Assembly: GCA_964348935.1 (NCBI GenBank)
Contig: CAYGEJ010000002.1
Span: forward strand, 3,540-67,539
Length of the DNA stretch: 64,000 bases
Origin: an uncultured Candidatus Saccharibacteria bacterium
GTDB taxonomy: Bacteria > Patescibacteriota > Doudnabacteria > UBA920
Direction: 5' to 3'
In this document: in pieces, positions 27,328-36,533 of the stretch
Layout of the letters: the number at the start of each line of letters is the position of its first letter
Numbering within the stretch: the first letter of the stretch is position 1
Position numbers and translations under genes: made by a program
The notes under the pieces: model-generated
Seen by the model: the letters and a program-made list of their open reading frames with translations, nothing else
Database searches by the model: none
What the model was told of the DNA's origin: nothing

Positions 27328-28308
27328 TTAAAATAACTGACTCAAAATAAGATCCAAGAGCGTTCGCGGAGGCACCTGTGAAGTCTTAAGTTCTTCGTCT
27401 AAAGCATTAAATTTATTTAAAGTTTCTAAAACTTTTTTAGGTTCAAATCTGTCTGCTATTTTTTTTATTACAAACAACCTCCCGCTTTTCCAACCGGTTT
27501 TTTCTAGAATATCAGTCTCGCTGGTTTTTCTAGTAATAAAATCTTGAACAATTGCAACATTTCTAAACTGCTCGCTTAGCAAGGCGTTTAACTGGATAAT
27601 AGCCCCTTTCTCTTCCGCTCCAGATTGCCCCTTTAAAAACTTATTTAATAGCTCCATGGCCTTCTGCTTCTGTTTATCTGCTATAGCATTAGTTAAACTA
27701 AAAACGTCGGTTTCAATATTTTCCGCAACAAGTAACCCAACTTCTAATGCTCCCACTTCTTTTCCGGAAGCGTATGCAACTAGTTTTCTAATCTCAGAAT
27801 CAGCCTGATACAAATTATAAACTTCTTCTACAGCAACGACTCTACCTCCAACTTTTATTTCCTTGGCATTATCCCGACCAAGTCTTACCGCAAGCTCTTC
27901 CACCCCAGCTTTAGACACAATGCCACCCAAAACGGAAAACCTGGTTTGAATCCACTGATTTAGTTCCGGACCGTGCGGAAGACTAAATTCTTTAATTGCA
28001 ATGGATTTATTGGCAAGTAAAGCTTTATTTTCAGCCACACGTTTGTCCAACTTTCCCTCCATGAGAACAATATGATTTTTAGAAGCAACCAAACTCTCAA
28101 GTATTTTTTCATCCCTAAACTTCTGTATTACCCCTTGAAGAACATACATTTTTGGCTTACTAAATAAATCTTGTATCGCCAAATCTTCAGGTTCTGGCGT
28201 ATTATCAGTGTCTATTATTAAATCTAAAATCAAACCACTTTCCAGGCTTGTTATTTTTAAATATTCTCTTTTAGTAAAGTCATCTGGACCTAAAAGTAAA
28301 GACAGCAT
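27328..28308 (-). CDS. Putative DNA polymerase III delta subunit (HolA-like)
   Basis: 326 aa with an N-terminus of the MLSLLLGPDDF type; the length and predicted helical C-terminus fit HolA, but no strong motif is visible. Confidence 0.4.
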   Translation of the reverse strand: MLSLLLGPDDFTKREYLKITSLESGLILDLIIDTDNTPEPEDLAIQDLFSKPKMYVLQGVIQKFRDEKILESLVASKNHIVLMEGKLDKRVAENKALLANKSIAIKEFSLPHGPELNQWIQTRFSVLGGIVSKAGVEELAVRLGRDNAKEIKVGGRVVAVEEVYNLYQADSEIRKLVAYASGKEVGALEVGLLVAENIETDVFSLTNAIADKQKQKAMELLNKFLKGQSGAEEKGAIIQLNALLSEQFRNVAIVQDFITRKTSETDILEKTGWKSGRLFVIKKIADRFEPKKVLETLNKFNALDEELKTSQVPPRTLLDLILSQLF

Positions 28309-28365
28309 TAGGGGTTGAAAAAAGTTTAAATTTAATGTAAACTATCAAAGAATCGTGAAATACAA

Positions 28366-28441
28366 GGGATGGTAGCTCAGTTGGTAGAGCAGTAGCCTCT
28401 TAAGCTATTTGTCGAGGGTTCGATCCCCTCCCATCCCACCA
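28366..28441 (+). tRNA. tRNA-Lys (anticodon CTT)
   Basis: Acceptor gggatgg/ccatccc; anticodon loop cTCTTaa; T-arm gaggg-ttcgatc-ccctc; encoded CCA. Confidence 0.8.
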
Positions 28442-28586
28442 GTCTCTCTTTAAGCTTGCTCTTTTCACACCAGTCTTGCTTATGAGATATAAAATTACTA
28501 TTTACGAAGCCTACGCGCCAAAATGTACGAAGGCGGACAACCAAGCAACTAAGCGCCCTTTTGGCGCTATTTTTTATGGGAAATTT

Positions 28587-28663
28587 TGGTGCACCCGGTA
28601 GGATTTGAACCTACTACCTCTTGGTTCGAAGCCAAGCGCTCTATCCAAATGAGCTACGGGTGC
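28587..28663 (-). tRNA. tRNA-Arg (anticodon TCG)
   Basis: Reverse complement gives acceptor gcacccg/cgggtgc, D-arm gctc-atttggata-gagc, anticodon loop cTTCGaa, T-arm gtagg-ttcaaat-cctac, and CCA. Confidence 0.75.
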
Positions 28664-28766
28664 AAATATAATCAACAAAAGCAGTCCCCAACTTATAAGG
28701 ACTGCTTAATTATACCTAATATTTGACTAAATTGACAACCTTATAAAGATCTTAATTTCCTAAATT

Positions 28767-29054
28767 TTAATTAAAAGGATTAACCACAGCTTCACTACTT
28801 GGCTCAAAGCTTTGAGCTTGTTCCTTTCTAAAAATCACCTTCTCGTAATTAATAAAATCAATCCTAACTCCCTGCTGTTTGGTGACAATCTGTGGTTCTT
28901 TATTGGCATCTAACACAATTTGCACAGATTTATTAGCTTCCAAAATTTCGAAGCCAAGTAAAATAAGAAAAAAAAGCAAGAAAAACCAGCCCAACTTTTT
29001 ACTTAGGTTAGCTAAAATATTTTTTAAGTCTTTCAATTCAATATTTTTTGGCAT
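28767..29054 (-). CDS. Small membrane protein at the 3' end of the pilus operon (PilP-like?)
   Basis: 95 aa with one TM helix WFFLLFFLILLGF, lying 7 nt downstream of pilO. Confidence 0.35.
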   Translation of the reverse strand: MPKNIELKDLKNILANLSKKLGWFFLLFFLILLGFEILEANKSVQIVLDANKEPQIVTKQQGVRIDFINYEKVIFRKEQAQSFEPSSEAVVNPFN

Positions 29055-29061
29055 ACTAATA

Positions 29062-29613
29062 TTATTTTTTTAAATAAAAACTTGCTGAAAGATTTAAATT
29101 TACCTGTCCATCTGCTGCGTTACTAATAGATACCGCTGTAACATTGGTAATAAAACTCAAGTTTTCTAAAACCTCTACAAAATTTACCACTTGAGTAAAG
29201 CTTCCTAATAAACCTATGGAATAAGGCACTGTACCGATTGGGGTCAGAGTTTTGGCCTTTGGCAGGGTATTAATTGTTCCACTTACCCCAGTCAACTGCA
29301 TTTTAACATTTAATTTTTCTGCCCAGCTTTCCAATGTTCGAATCTCATTAACCAAAGATATATCCTTGCTAAAAAAAGTGTCTGGTTGAATTTCTTCCTT
29401 TGAAATTTTCTGTAAATCTGCTTTAGCTTTAATATAACTCTCTCGCTCTGCAATTAATACAGCCAAATCCTTATTCTGCTGTTCCATTGCTTTAATCGAT
29501 TGAGTATTCGTAATATCTAAAATACTAAACAAGTAAAAAAACATAATTAAAGACAGACTCAGCCAAATTGCCAAAACTATCATTATTTTATTTTTTGCTG
29601 AAATTTTTCCCAC
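29062..29613 (-). CDS. pilO: Type IV pilus assembly protein PilO-like
   Basis: Single N-terminal TM helix, a coiled-coil, then a periplasmic domain; sits after pilN. Confidence 0.55.
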   Translation of the reverse strand: MGKISAKNKIMIVLAIWLSLSLIMFFYLFSILDITNTQSIKAMEQQNKDLAVLIAERESYIKAKADLQKISKEEIQPDTFFSKDISLVNEIRTLESWAEKLNVKMQLTGVSGTINTLPKAKTLTPIGTVPYSIGLLGSFTQVVNFVEVLENLSFITNVTAVSISNAADGQVNLNLSASFYLKK

Positions 29614-29724
29614 GTTGTTTTAAAATGTTTAATTTTAAATATAGATTTCTCACTGAGGTATTAATCCTATATATTATTACTCATCCTTGCAAAATTAGAC
29701 TTACATAGTCGCCAACTAATAAAC

Positions 29725-30282
29725 TTATGGCTGTAAAAGCGAATCTCGAATAAAGAAAGTAAAGTGAAAATTTATTTCCGTAGGTTTTGCAACATTTTCC
29801 AATGGATAATCTATATTATAAAAGTTTGTTTCATCTTTCAAAATATTATTATAGAGTTGAATCACCAATTCTCTAGTTGGACTAAGTCCGTTTATGGAAA
29901 TTGTCTTTTTAGTAACATCAATCATAAAAGTTTTTATTTCTATTTCTTCCGGAGGAAGAACCGCGAAAGCTTTTATAACTCTAGACCATTTTGGGGAAGT
30001 TGTAGATAACTTATTAAAATCAGTAATAATGTCGTTTATTGCTTGCACTTGTTTTTTAACATCCGCATTCTCCTGCTTGTTAACTTGATTTTTTAATTGC
30101 GCAATCTGATCACTCAAAGAACTCGCCTTAATTTCTAAATAAAATTTGGTTGCGAATTGTATAATAAACACTAAAGCAAAACTAAACAATGAAAAAATAA
30201 ATATAGATATCAAGCTGTGATATACAGCCTCATATCTCAATTCATTCTGTCTGATTTTTGGTAATAAATTAATCAATTTCAT
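29725..30282 (-). CDS. pilN: Type IV pilus assembly protein PilN-like. The start is taken at the internal Met, MKLINLLP.
   Basis: Conserved PilN N-terminus M.INLLP, then a TM helix, coiled-coil and periplasmic domain. It overlaps pilM by 14 nt. Confidence 0.6.
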   Translation of the reverse strand: MKLINLLPKIRQNELRYEAVYHSLISIFIFSLFSFALVFIIQFATKFYLEIKASSLSDQIAQLKNQVNKQENADVKKQVQAINDIITDFNKLSTTSPKWSRVIKAFAVLPPEEIEIKTFMIDVTKKTISINGLSPTRELVIQLYNNILKDETNFYNIDYPLENVAKPTEINFHFTFFIRDSLLQP

Positions 30283-31360
30283 ATTCAGCTCCTCTAACTG
30301 CCAAACCCAAAACAGTAACAAAACTTAATGTGCTTAAAGCATCCATTGGAGGATTTTGGCCAAAACCTAAATTTTGCCAAGGATTAGCCAATTCTACCAC
30401 ACTCACTCCATAATCTTTTAATTCTGGTATTAAAAATTCCGGTAAATTTTTCAACTTACTACTCCCCCCGGCTAAAATTAGTTTTGTCGCAGGCTGGGTT
30501 GAGTGTTCATTATGAAATTTTAAAATATTCTTAATCTCGGCAGTAATATTTCCCAAGACAGGCAACATTGCGGTTTTAATATTTGGATATTCTGGGGTAT
30601 TATCTATCCCCACTTTCTTTTTAATCTCCTCCGCTTTACTACTTGCTACTCCTAAAGTTTTTGCAATGCTTTCCGTAAAACTATTTCCGGCAATTGGAAT
30701 TGTGGAAGTAAATTGCAAATTTCCCTGTTCTATCATAATTAAGCTAGTTCTGTAAGATTCTGTATCCAATAACAAAACCGTTTCCTTGCTCCCTTGTGGG
30801 ATTAACGCCCGATGACAGCTTTGAGACTCAACCTCTAAAGCAACTGGCTTAACTCCAGATTTATCCAATATCTCAAGATACTTATCAACAAAATCTTTGG
30901 GCGAAGCTATCATTAAAATATTCATTTTATCGTCAGTTTCACTGACTTTTTGCCAGTCTAAATATACTTGATCAATTGGCAAAGGGATAAAACTTTCGGC
31001 TTCGTATGGGACTGCATTCTCAGCTTCGGCATCGCTCATTTTTGGTATTTGAATCACTCTGACAAAAGATTTCGACTCCGGCAAGCTAGCCACAACATAA
31101 TTGGTATCAATTTTTCCAAACTGTGGTTTTTGCAAGGCTTGTTTAAGCAAAAAATCAAAAGTTTTTTGGTCACTAATCGCATCTGCAATAACCATCCCCT
31201 TTGGAATAAGCACTTCGGAATATCCTTTGATCGAATAGTCTCTACCTTTCTTGCTTACCTGCATAATTTTAAAAGAGCCATTACTAACATCTAAGCCAAA
31301 TGCAGATAAATTTTTAGAAAGAAAATTAAATTTCATATATTTAGTAAAACAGCTTTTCAA
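30269..31360 (-). CDS. pilM: Type IV pilus assembly ATPase-fold protein PilM
   Basis: Actin-like fold, 363 aa, with the FGLDVSNGSFKIMQV start typical of PilM; sits upstream of pilN/pilO. Confidence 0.75.
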   Translation of the reverse strand: MKSCFTKYMKFNFLSKNLSAFGLDVSNGSFKIMQVSKKGRDYSIKGYSEVLIPKGMVIADAISDQKTFDFLLKQALQKPQFGKIDTNYVVASLPESKSFVRVIQIPKMSDAEAENAVPYEAESFIPLPIDQVYLDWQKVSETDDKMNILMIASPKDFVDKYLEILDKSGVKPVALEVESQSCHRALIPQGSKETVLLLDTESYRTSLIMIEQGNLQFTSTIPIAGNSFTESIAKTLGVASSKAEEIKKKVGIDNTPEYPNIKTAMLPVLGNITAEIKNILKFHNEHSTQPATKLILAGGSSKLKNLPEFLIPELKDYGVSVVELANPWQNLGFGQNPPMDALSTLSFVTVLGLAVRGAEYEID

Positions 31361-31372
31361 TAAATAAGCAAA

Positions 31373-32581
31373 TTATTGTATGCTTTGGCTAATACTATAA
31401 ATAGGGGCAATTAGCGCCATTGCCAATACTCCTACCACCCCTCCAATTACCAAAAGCAATAATGGTTCAATAATTGAAGAAAGGTTGGTTAGTATTGTAT
31501 CAACCTCTTCTTCGTAATGCTTGGCCAATTGATCCAAAATTTCCTGCACTGTACCACTTTCCTCACCAACTTGAATCATTTGTACCACTATTACCGGGAA
31601 TAAATTTTCATTCTTCCCCAAAGAATCCGTTAACGATTTTCCTACTTTTACATCTAGCGCGGTTTTAGCTATAAGCTCCCTATAAGGAATACTACCCAAG
31701 GACTCACCTGCAACGTCTAAAGCCTGTACAATTGGAATTCCGCTTTTCAATAAAGAGCTGAGGATTCTAGAAAAACGAGCTAAATTTATTTTCTTCACAA
31801 TATCGTTAATAATCATAAAATGAAGCAGGAAAATATCGAACACTTTTTGACCGTCGTGTGTTTTTAAAATTCCCATACCAGCAAAAACAGTAGCAAACAT
31901 TCCGCCAATAACTAAAGTAGCATTCCCGCTCATAAAATCTGAGAAAGCGATTACCATTTGCGTACTCACCGGCAGGGTTCCGGAAAATTGTTTAAAAACA
32001 GAAGTTAACTGTGGTAAAACAAAAATCGCCATAAGCACGCCAATAATCACCATAGCGCCAACGATCACCGAAGGATATATCATTGCACCTTTTACTTTGC
32101 TTCTTAAAGATGCCTCACGTTGAAGTTGGATACTTAAATATTCCAAGCTTTTATCCAAATTTCCGGATACTTCTCCAACTTTTATCATACTAAAAAAAAT
32201 ATTGGAAAAGACATCCGGATACTTTGCCAAAGACTCAGAAAGACTCTTCCCCTGCTGAACATGATTATATATTTCTGTGAGAATGTTTTTAAACTTTTCG
32301 TTCTTACTCTGCTTAACTAAAATTTGCAGTCCTCTCGAAATAGAAATTCCAGCTTTAAGCATTATGCTTAAATTTTCAACAAAATTAATTTTTTCCGCTA
32401 AAGAAATAGAAGAAATATTTCTTAAAATATTTAAAGTGGTTTTTTTATTTTGCTCCTCAATATGAATTGGCAGTAACCCCTGTTCTTTGAGCAGGTGCCC
32501 AGCTACAGATATATTTGGTGCCTGTATTGTCGCTGATTCTTTACCACCATTTTTGGTTATCGCTGTGTAAGAAAATTCCAT
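31373..32581 (-). CDS. pilC: Type IV pilus / T2SS platform protein PilC/GspF
   Basis: Two GspF-type repeats, three TM helices and about 400 aa. Confidence 0.85.
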   Translation of the reverse strand: MEFSYTAITKNGGKESATIQAPNISVAGHLLKEQGLLPIHIEEQNKKTTLNILRNISSISLAEKINFVENLSIMLKAGISISRGLQILVKQSKNEKFKNILTEIYNHVQQGKSLSESLAKYPDVFSNIFFSMIKVGEVSGNLDKSLEYLSIQLQREASLRSKVKGAMIYPSVIVGAMVIIGVLMAIFVLPQLTSVFKQFSGTLPVSTQMVIAFSDFMSGNATLVIGGMFATVFAGMGILKTHDGQKVFDIFLLHFMIINDIVKKINLARFSRILSSLLKSGIPIVQALDVAGESLGSIPYRELIAKTALDVKVGKSLTDSLGKNENLFPVIVVQMIQVGEESGTVQEILDQLAKHYEEEVDTILTNLSSIIEPLLLLVIGGVVGVLAMALIAPIYSISQSIQ

Positions 32582-32590
32582 AGCTTATTA

Positions 32591-34345
32591 TTATTCTTTA
32601 CTGACTCTAATAATTTCATCTATAGTCGTAATCCCTTTTAAAGCTTTGATAAATCCGTCTTCCCACATAAGTACCATACCTTCCTGCTCGCCTTGATCCT
32701 GAATTTCCTGAGCGCTCTTATGCTCCATAATCATCTGGGCAAGGGTTGGAGTGACTTCCAACACTTCATGAAGCCCTAATCGGCCTTTATAGCCTGTGTT
32801 ATTACACTTATCACAACCTTGTCCTTTAAAGAACTTTAATTCCTTTATACTTTTTGTTTTTGGTGCAACCAGTCCCTCTTTAATTAACATTACAAGTAAT
32901 TTATCCAAGTGAAATTGCTTTCCAATGGTCTCAACAGTGGCATCGTCTAAATTTAATTCAACCTGACAATCTTTACAAATTCCGCGAACCAGTCTTTGTG
33001 CTAACACAGCGTTAATAGTTGAAGCAATTAAATAAGGTTCCACTCCAATATCTAATAATCGAGGGAGAGCGCCAGCGGAAGTATTAGTGTGTAGTGTACT
33101 AAATACAATATGCCCGGTCATAGCAGCATGAACTGCCTCCTCAGCGGTTTCCTTATCTCTAATTTCACCAATCATAATAACGTTAGGATCTTGACGAAGC
33201 AACGCTCTCAACCCCACATCAAAAGTTAAACCTATTTTAGGATTTACCTGCATCTGGTTCGCCCCGACAATTCTATATTCTACCGGGTCTTCAATGGTGG
33301 AAATATTTACTGACTTAGTGTTTAACATTGAAAGAACGGTATACAATGTGGTAGATTTTCCACTACCAGTCGGACCAGTGACCAACAACATACCGTGAGG
33401 TTTTTTAATATTTCGCATAATTGTATCCATTGAGGATTTCTCAAAGCCTAAATCTTCCAAACTCATCGCCTTGGCAGATTCATCCAACAAACGAATTACT
33501 ACTTTTTCTCCGTCAAAAATTGGAATTGTAGATACACGCAAGCTGTACTTATAGCCGTCTTTTTCAATTTTAAAACGACCATCTTGAGGTAGTCTGTGTT
33601 CGTCTATTTTTAAATTAGATAACACCTTAATACGGGCAACAATAGCCGCCTGAATAACTTTAGGCAAAGTCATTACATCATGCAATACGCCGTCTATACG
33701 GTACCTAACTACAACAGAATTTTCCTGAGGTTCAATATGAATATCACTAGCTTTTTCAAAAACCGCATATTCTAACAGGGTATCCACAACACGAATAACT
33801 GGTATTTCTTCAGACATCTTCTTCAATCCATCTTCAAACGAACTCTCACCTTCCGCCGTTGAAGTTAAAGGTTTTGAAGCTGGTGTGAATAAATGCTTAA
33901 TTTCCTTTTCTAAAGAAGAATGGTATTTTGATAGACCAAAATCCAAAGAAGATTTGCCAATTAGAAAAGACTTAATTTTTAACCCGGTCTTTTTTTGAAT
34001 AAATTCTCTGGTTTGAATATCATCCGGGTCAGTCATAGCTAAAGACAGCTCGTCTTTACCTTTAGCAAAACTAATTACCTGATGTCTATGAGCAATTGGT
34101 TCAGGAACTAAGTTTAAAACATCTTGGGGAATTACCTGCGAGGTCAAATCAATAACTGGTACATTTAATGACTTTGATTTAACTTCCAATAATTTGTCTT
34201 CAGTTAGTACTTTTTTTTGAATTAAAAAATCTTCCCAAGATGTTGGACTCTTGAGTTGTAAAATATCCTTTTCCAACACTGTTATTTTCTCTTCATTGAG
34301 AATTTTATTTTGCCTTAAGGCAGTATTGAGTTGCTGTTTATCCAT
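32591..34345 (-). CDS. pilB: Type IV pilus assembly ATPase PilB/GspE
   Basis: Walker A GPTGSGKSTTLY, a His box, Walker B, an N-terminal GSPII domain and a C-terminal tetracysteine CKDC...CDKC. Confidence 0.9.
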   Translation of the reverse strand: MDKQQLNTALRQNKILNEEKITVLEKDILQLKSPTSWEDFLIQKKVLTEDKLLEVKSKSLNVPVIDLTSQVIPQDVLNLVPEPIAHRHQVISFAKGKDELSLAMTDPDDIQTREFIQKKTGLKIKSFLIGKSSLDFGLSKYHSSLEKEIKHLFTPASKPLTSTAEGESSFEDGLKKMSEEIPVIRVVDTLLEYAVFEKASDIHIEPQENSVVVRYRIDGVLHDVMTLPKVIQAAIVARIKVLSNLKIDEHRLPQDGRFKIEKDGYKYSLRVSTIPIFDGEKVVIRLLDESAKAMSLEDLGFEKSSMDTIMRNIKKPHGMLLVTGPTGSGKSTTLYTVLSMLNTKSVNISTIEDPVEYRIVGANQMQVNPKIGLTFDVGLRALLRQDPNVIMIGEIRDKETAEEAVHAAMTGHIVFSTLHTNTSAGALPRLLDIGVEPYLIASTINAVLAQRLVRGICKDCQVELNLDDATVETIGKQFHLDKLLVMLIKEGLVAPKTKSIKELKFFKGQGCDKCNNTGYKGRLGLHEVLEVTPTLAQMIMEHKSAQEIQDQGEQEGMVLMWEDGFIKALKGITTIDEIIRVSKE

Positions 34346-34472
34346 TTATTTTAACTTTTTTGTTTCTGTAATTCTTTCTGAACTTAAAATTATTATACCA
34401 TAGAAGATAAAAAATCCCAAATAAAAAATACCGAAAATACTTTTCCGGTATTTTGATATCTTTTATAGAATT

Positions 34473-35789
34473 TTATCTCCCCTTCCAGGTAAAAATATAG
34501 TAAATTGTCTTTAAAATGATTTCTAAATCAAAAAGAAAACTTCTATTCTTAATATAATATAGATCATACTGTAATTTCATACGACTTTCTTCGATTGTCG
34601 AAGCATAAATATTGAGTTGCGCCCAGCCAGTAATTCCAGGCTTTACCAAATGCCTTTCATCGTAAAATGGAATCTTTTCTTTCATTTCGGCAACAATATG
34701 AGGCTGTTCCGGTCTTGGACCGACTAAACTCATAGTTCCAAATAACAGGTTAATAAATTGTGGCCATTCGTCGATACGACTCTTTCTTAAAAACTTCCCT
34801 ACTGACGTAATTCGGGAATCATTAACGCTTGTCCAAGTATTGGTGGCTCCACCACTCATAGTTCTATATTTATAAACTTTAAAAACCTCACCTTTTTTAC
34901 CAACCCGTTCTTGAATAAATAAAACCGATCCAGGGCTGGTGAGTTTTATAAGTAAGGCACAAATCGGAAAACTAACTAAAAAACCAATAAAACCAATAAC
35001 TCCCAAAACCAAATCAATCAGCCTTTTAGTCAAATTATATAGCCGTTTTTCCTGATAATTAATGTTTTCCAAAAACCAAATTTCATTAATTTGGGATAAA
35101 TACACCCGTCTTAATAAATCCTCATAGAAATCTTTGTGATTATAAAATTTTACTCCAATAGTCCGTAGTTCATAAAACTTTTCAAGAATCTCAGGTTTGG
35201 CATGCAAATTATCAGGCAAAATAATTCCGTCCTGACTGCCAAAATTCGTATTACTAAAAGTCTGTTCATTTAAATGACTAATCACTTTGTACCCTGAATA
35301 TGGCCTGGATATAATCTCTTTTTCTAACTCCATAAGTTCATTATCGAACGAAAAAATATATAAACCTTGGGCAAAACGATTAGCAATAAAATACTTTAAA
35401 GTTAAATGCCATACCAATACAAAAATAAAGGCCAAACCTGCTTCAATTAACAAAAATCTTCTCGGAGTTAAAATCAAGTTCTGTTGAAAATAAAAATATA
35501 AAACTGCAACCAAAACATTCACCACCATTGCGGAGAATAAATTAAAAACCAAAGTGGTATAACGTCGAAAGGAATTTATTTCAAATAAACCGTGAATAAA
35601 AAAAACTACTAGCCAAATTAGAAAAATAACCGAAAAAGCCTGATAATGAATTGCACTTTGTTCGATGGAGATTTGTCCAGCGTATCGAATTTGAATAGCC
35701 AACCAAAGCGAAACATAAAAAAGAAGGCAATCCGGAACTAATATTGCCCAAAAGCTGATATTTTTAAAATTATTGCTATTCACTGCCAT
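34473..35789 (-). CDS. Priming polyprenyl-phosphate sugar phosphotransferase (bacterial sugar transferase, WbaP/CpsE-like)
   Basis: N-terminal TM helices and the C-terminal PF02397 core DLVLGVIGFIGFL...SPGSVLFIQERVGKKG..F.VYKYRTM...DEWPQFINLL.G.MSLVGPRP. Confidence 0.85.
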   Translation of the reverse strand: MAVNSNNFKNISFWAILVPDCLLFYVSLWLAIQIRYAGQISIEQSAIHYQAFSVIFLIWLVVFFIHGLFEINSFRRYTTLVFNLFSAMVVNVLVAVLYFYFQQNLILTPRRFLLIEAGLAFIFVLVWHLTLKYFIANRFAQGLYIFSFDNELMELEKEIISRPYSGYKVISHLNEQTFSNTNFGSQDGIILPDNLHAKPEILEKFYELRTIGVKFYNHKDFYEDLLRRVYLSQINEIWFLENINYQEKRLYNLTKRLIDLVLGVIGFIGFLVSFPICALLIKLTSPGSVLFIQERVGKKGEVFKVYKYRTMSGGATNTWTSVNDSRITSVGKFLRKSRIDEWPQFINLLFGTMSLVGPRPEQPHIVAEMKEKIPFYDERHLVKPGITGWAQLNIYASTIEESRMKLQYDLYYIKNRSFLFDLEIILKTIYYIFTWKGR

Positions 35790-35792
35790 AAA

Positions 35793-36530
35793 TTAAAGAA
35801 ACAATCTAAATTTTAATATTAACCAAGCCAGCCAAAACCCAGGGTAAACTGCTTTATTTTTCCTTATAAGCTTAAGTTGCTTTTGTAAAAAGAGCCTAAA
35901 CTTCTCTTTATTATAACTGGAGAGACGGTATTTTACAAAGGGTTCCTGAAAATTATACATCTGACCTATTTTACCCAATTTTAACCATAAATCATAATCT
36001 TCACATAAATCTATTTCATCTTTTATAAACCCCCCGACTTTAATACCGGCTTCCCTGCGAAACATAACAGTAGAAGTAAAAAAATTATTTCTAAGTAGCA
36101 TTGTCTTATGTATCTCAGAATTTGTTTCTGGTCTAAATTTGTTATTTGTCATTTGGGTTTTGGAATTTACGCTTATTCCACCTCCAACTAAAACTACATC
36201 TGGATGACCATCCAAATATTCCACTTGTTTTTTCAACTTATCTACATCAATCCATTCATCATCATCATCTAAAATTGCAATATACTCTCCCATAGATTGA
36301 TTTAATGCTTCCTGTCTACTCAATGTAATTCCTAAAGATGTGTAATGATTAATAATTTTTATATTATCAAATTTTAAATCTTTTAATACTCTGTCAGTAT
36401 TATCATTGGAGCCATCGTTAACAATAACCACCTCAATATCCTTAAAAGATTGGTTAAACACCGAATTTAAAGCTTGCTGTAACAACTCGGATCTATTTTT
36501 AGTTAAAATATTTATAGAAACTTTAGGCAT
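35793..36530 (-). CDS. Family 2 glycosyltransferase
   Basis: VSINILTKNRSELL...VVIVNDGSNDNT...LDDDDEW. Confidence 0.8.
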   Translation of the reverse strand: MPKVSINILTKNRSELLQQALNSVFNQSFKDIEVVIVNDGSNDNTDRVLKDLKFDNIKIINHYTSLGITLSRQEALNQSMGEYIAILDDDDEWIDVDKLKKQVEYLDGHPDVVLVGGGISVNSKTQMTNNKFRPETNSEIHKTMLLRNNFFTSTVMFRREAGIKVGGFIKDEIDLCEDYDLWLKLGKIGQMYNFQEPFVKYRLSSYNKEKFRLFLQKQLKLIRKNKAVYPGFWLAWLILKFRLFL

Positions 36531-36533
36531 ATA

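Noticed and set aside
27328-28308. Alternative call of this ORF as a ComEA/competence or unrelated protein
   Set aside because: The length, the position next to tRNAs and the predicted all-helical C-terminus fit HolA better. It is kept as a low-confidence holA-like call.
28442-28586. Possible 38-aa ORF (MRYKITIYEAYAPKCTKADNQATKRPFGAIFYGKFWCTR) or att-site repeat between the two tRNAs
   Set aside because: It has no RBS and runs into the downstream tRNA. I could not find a repeat of either tRNA 3' end elsewhere in the window by eye.
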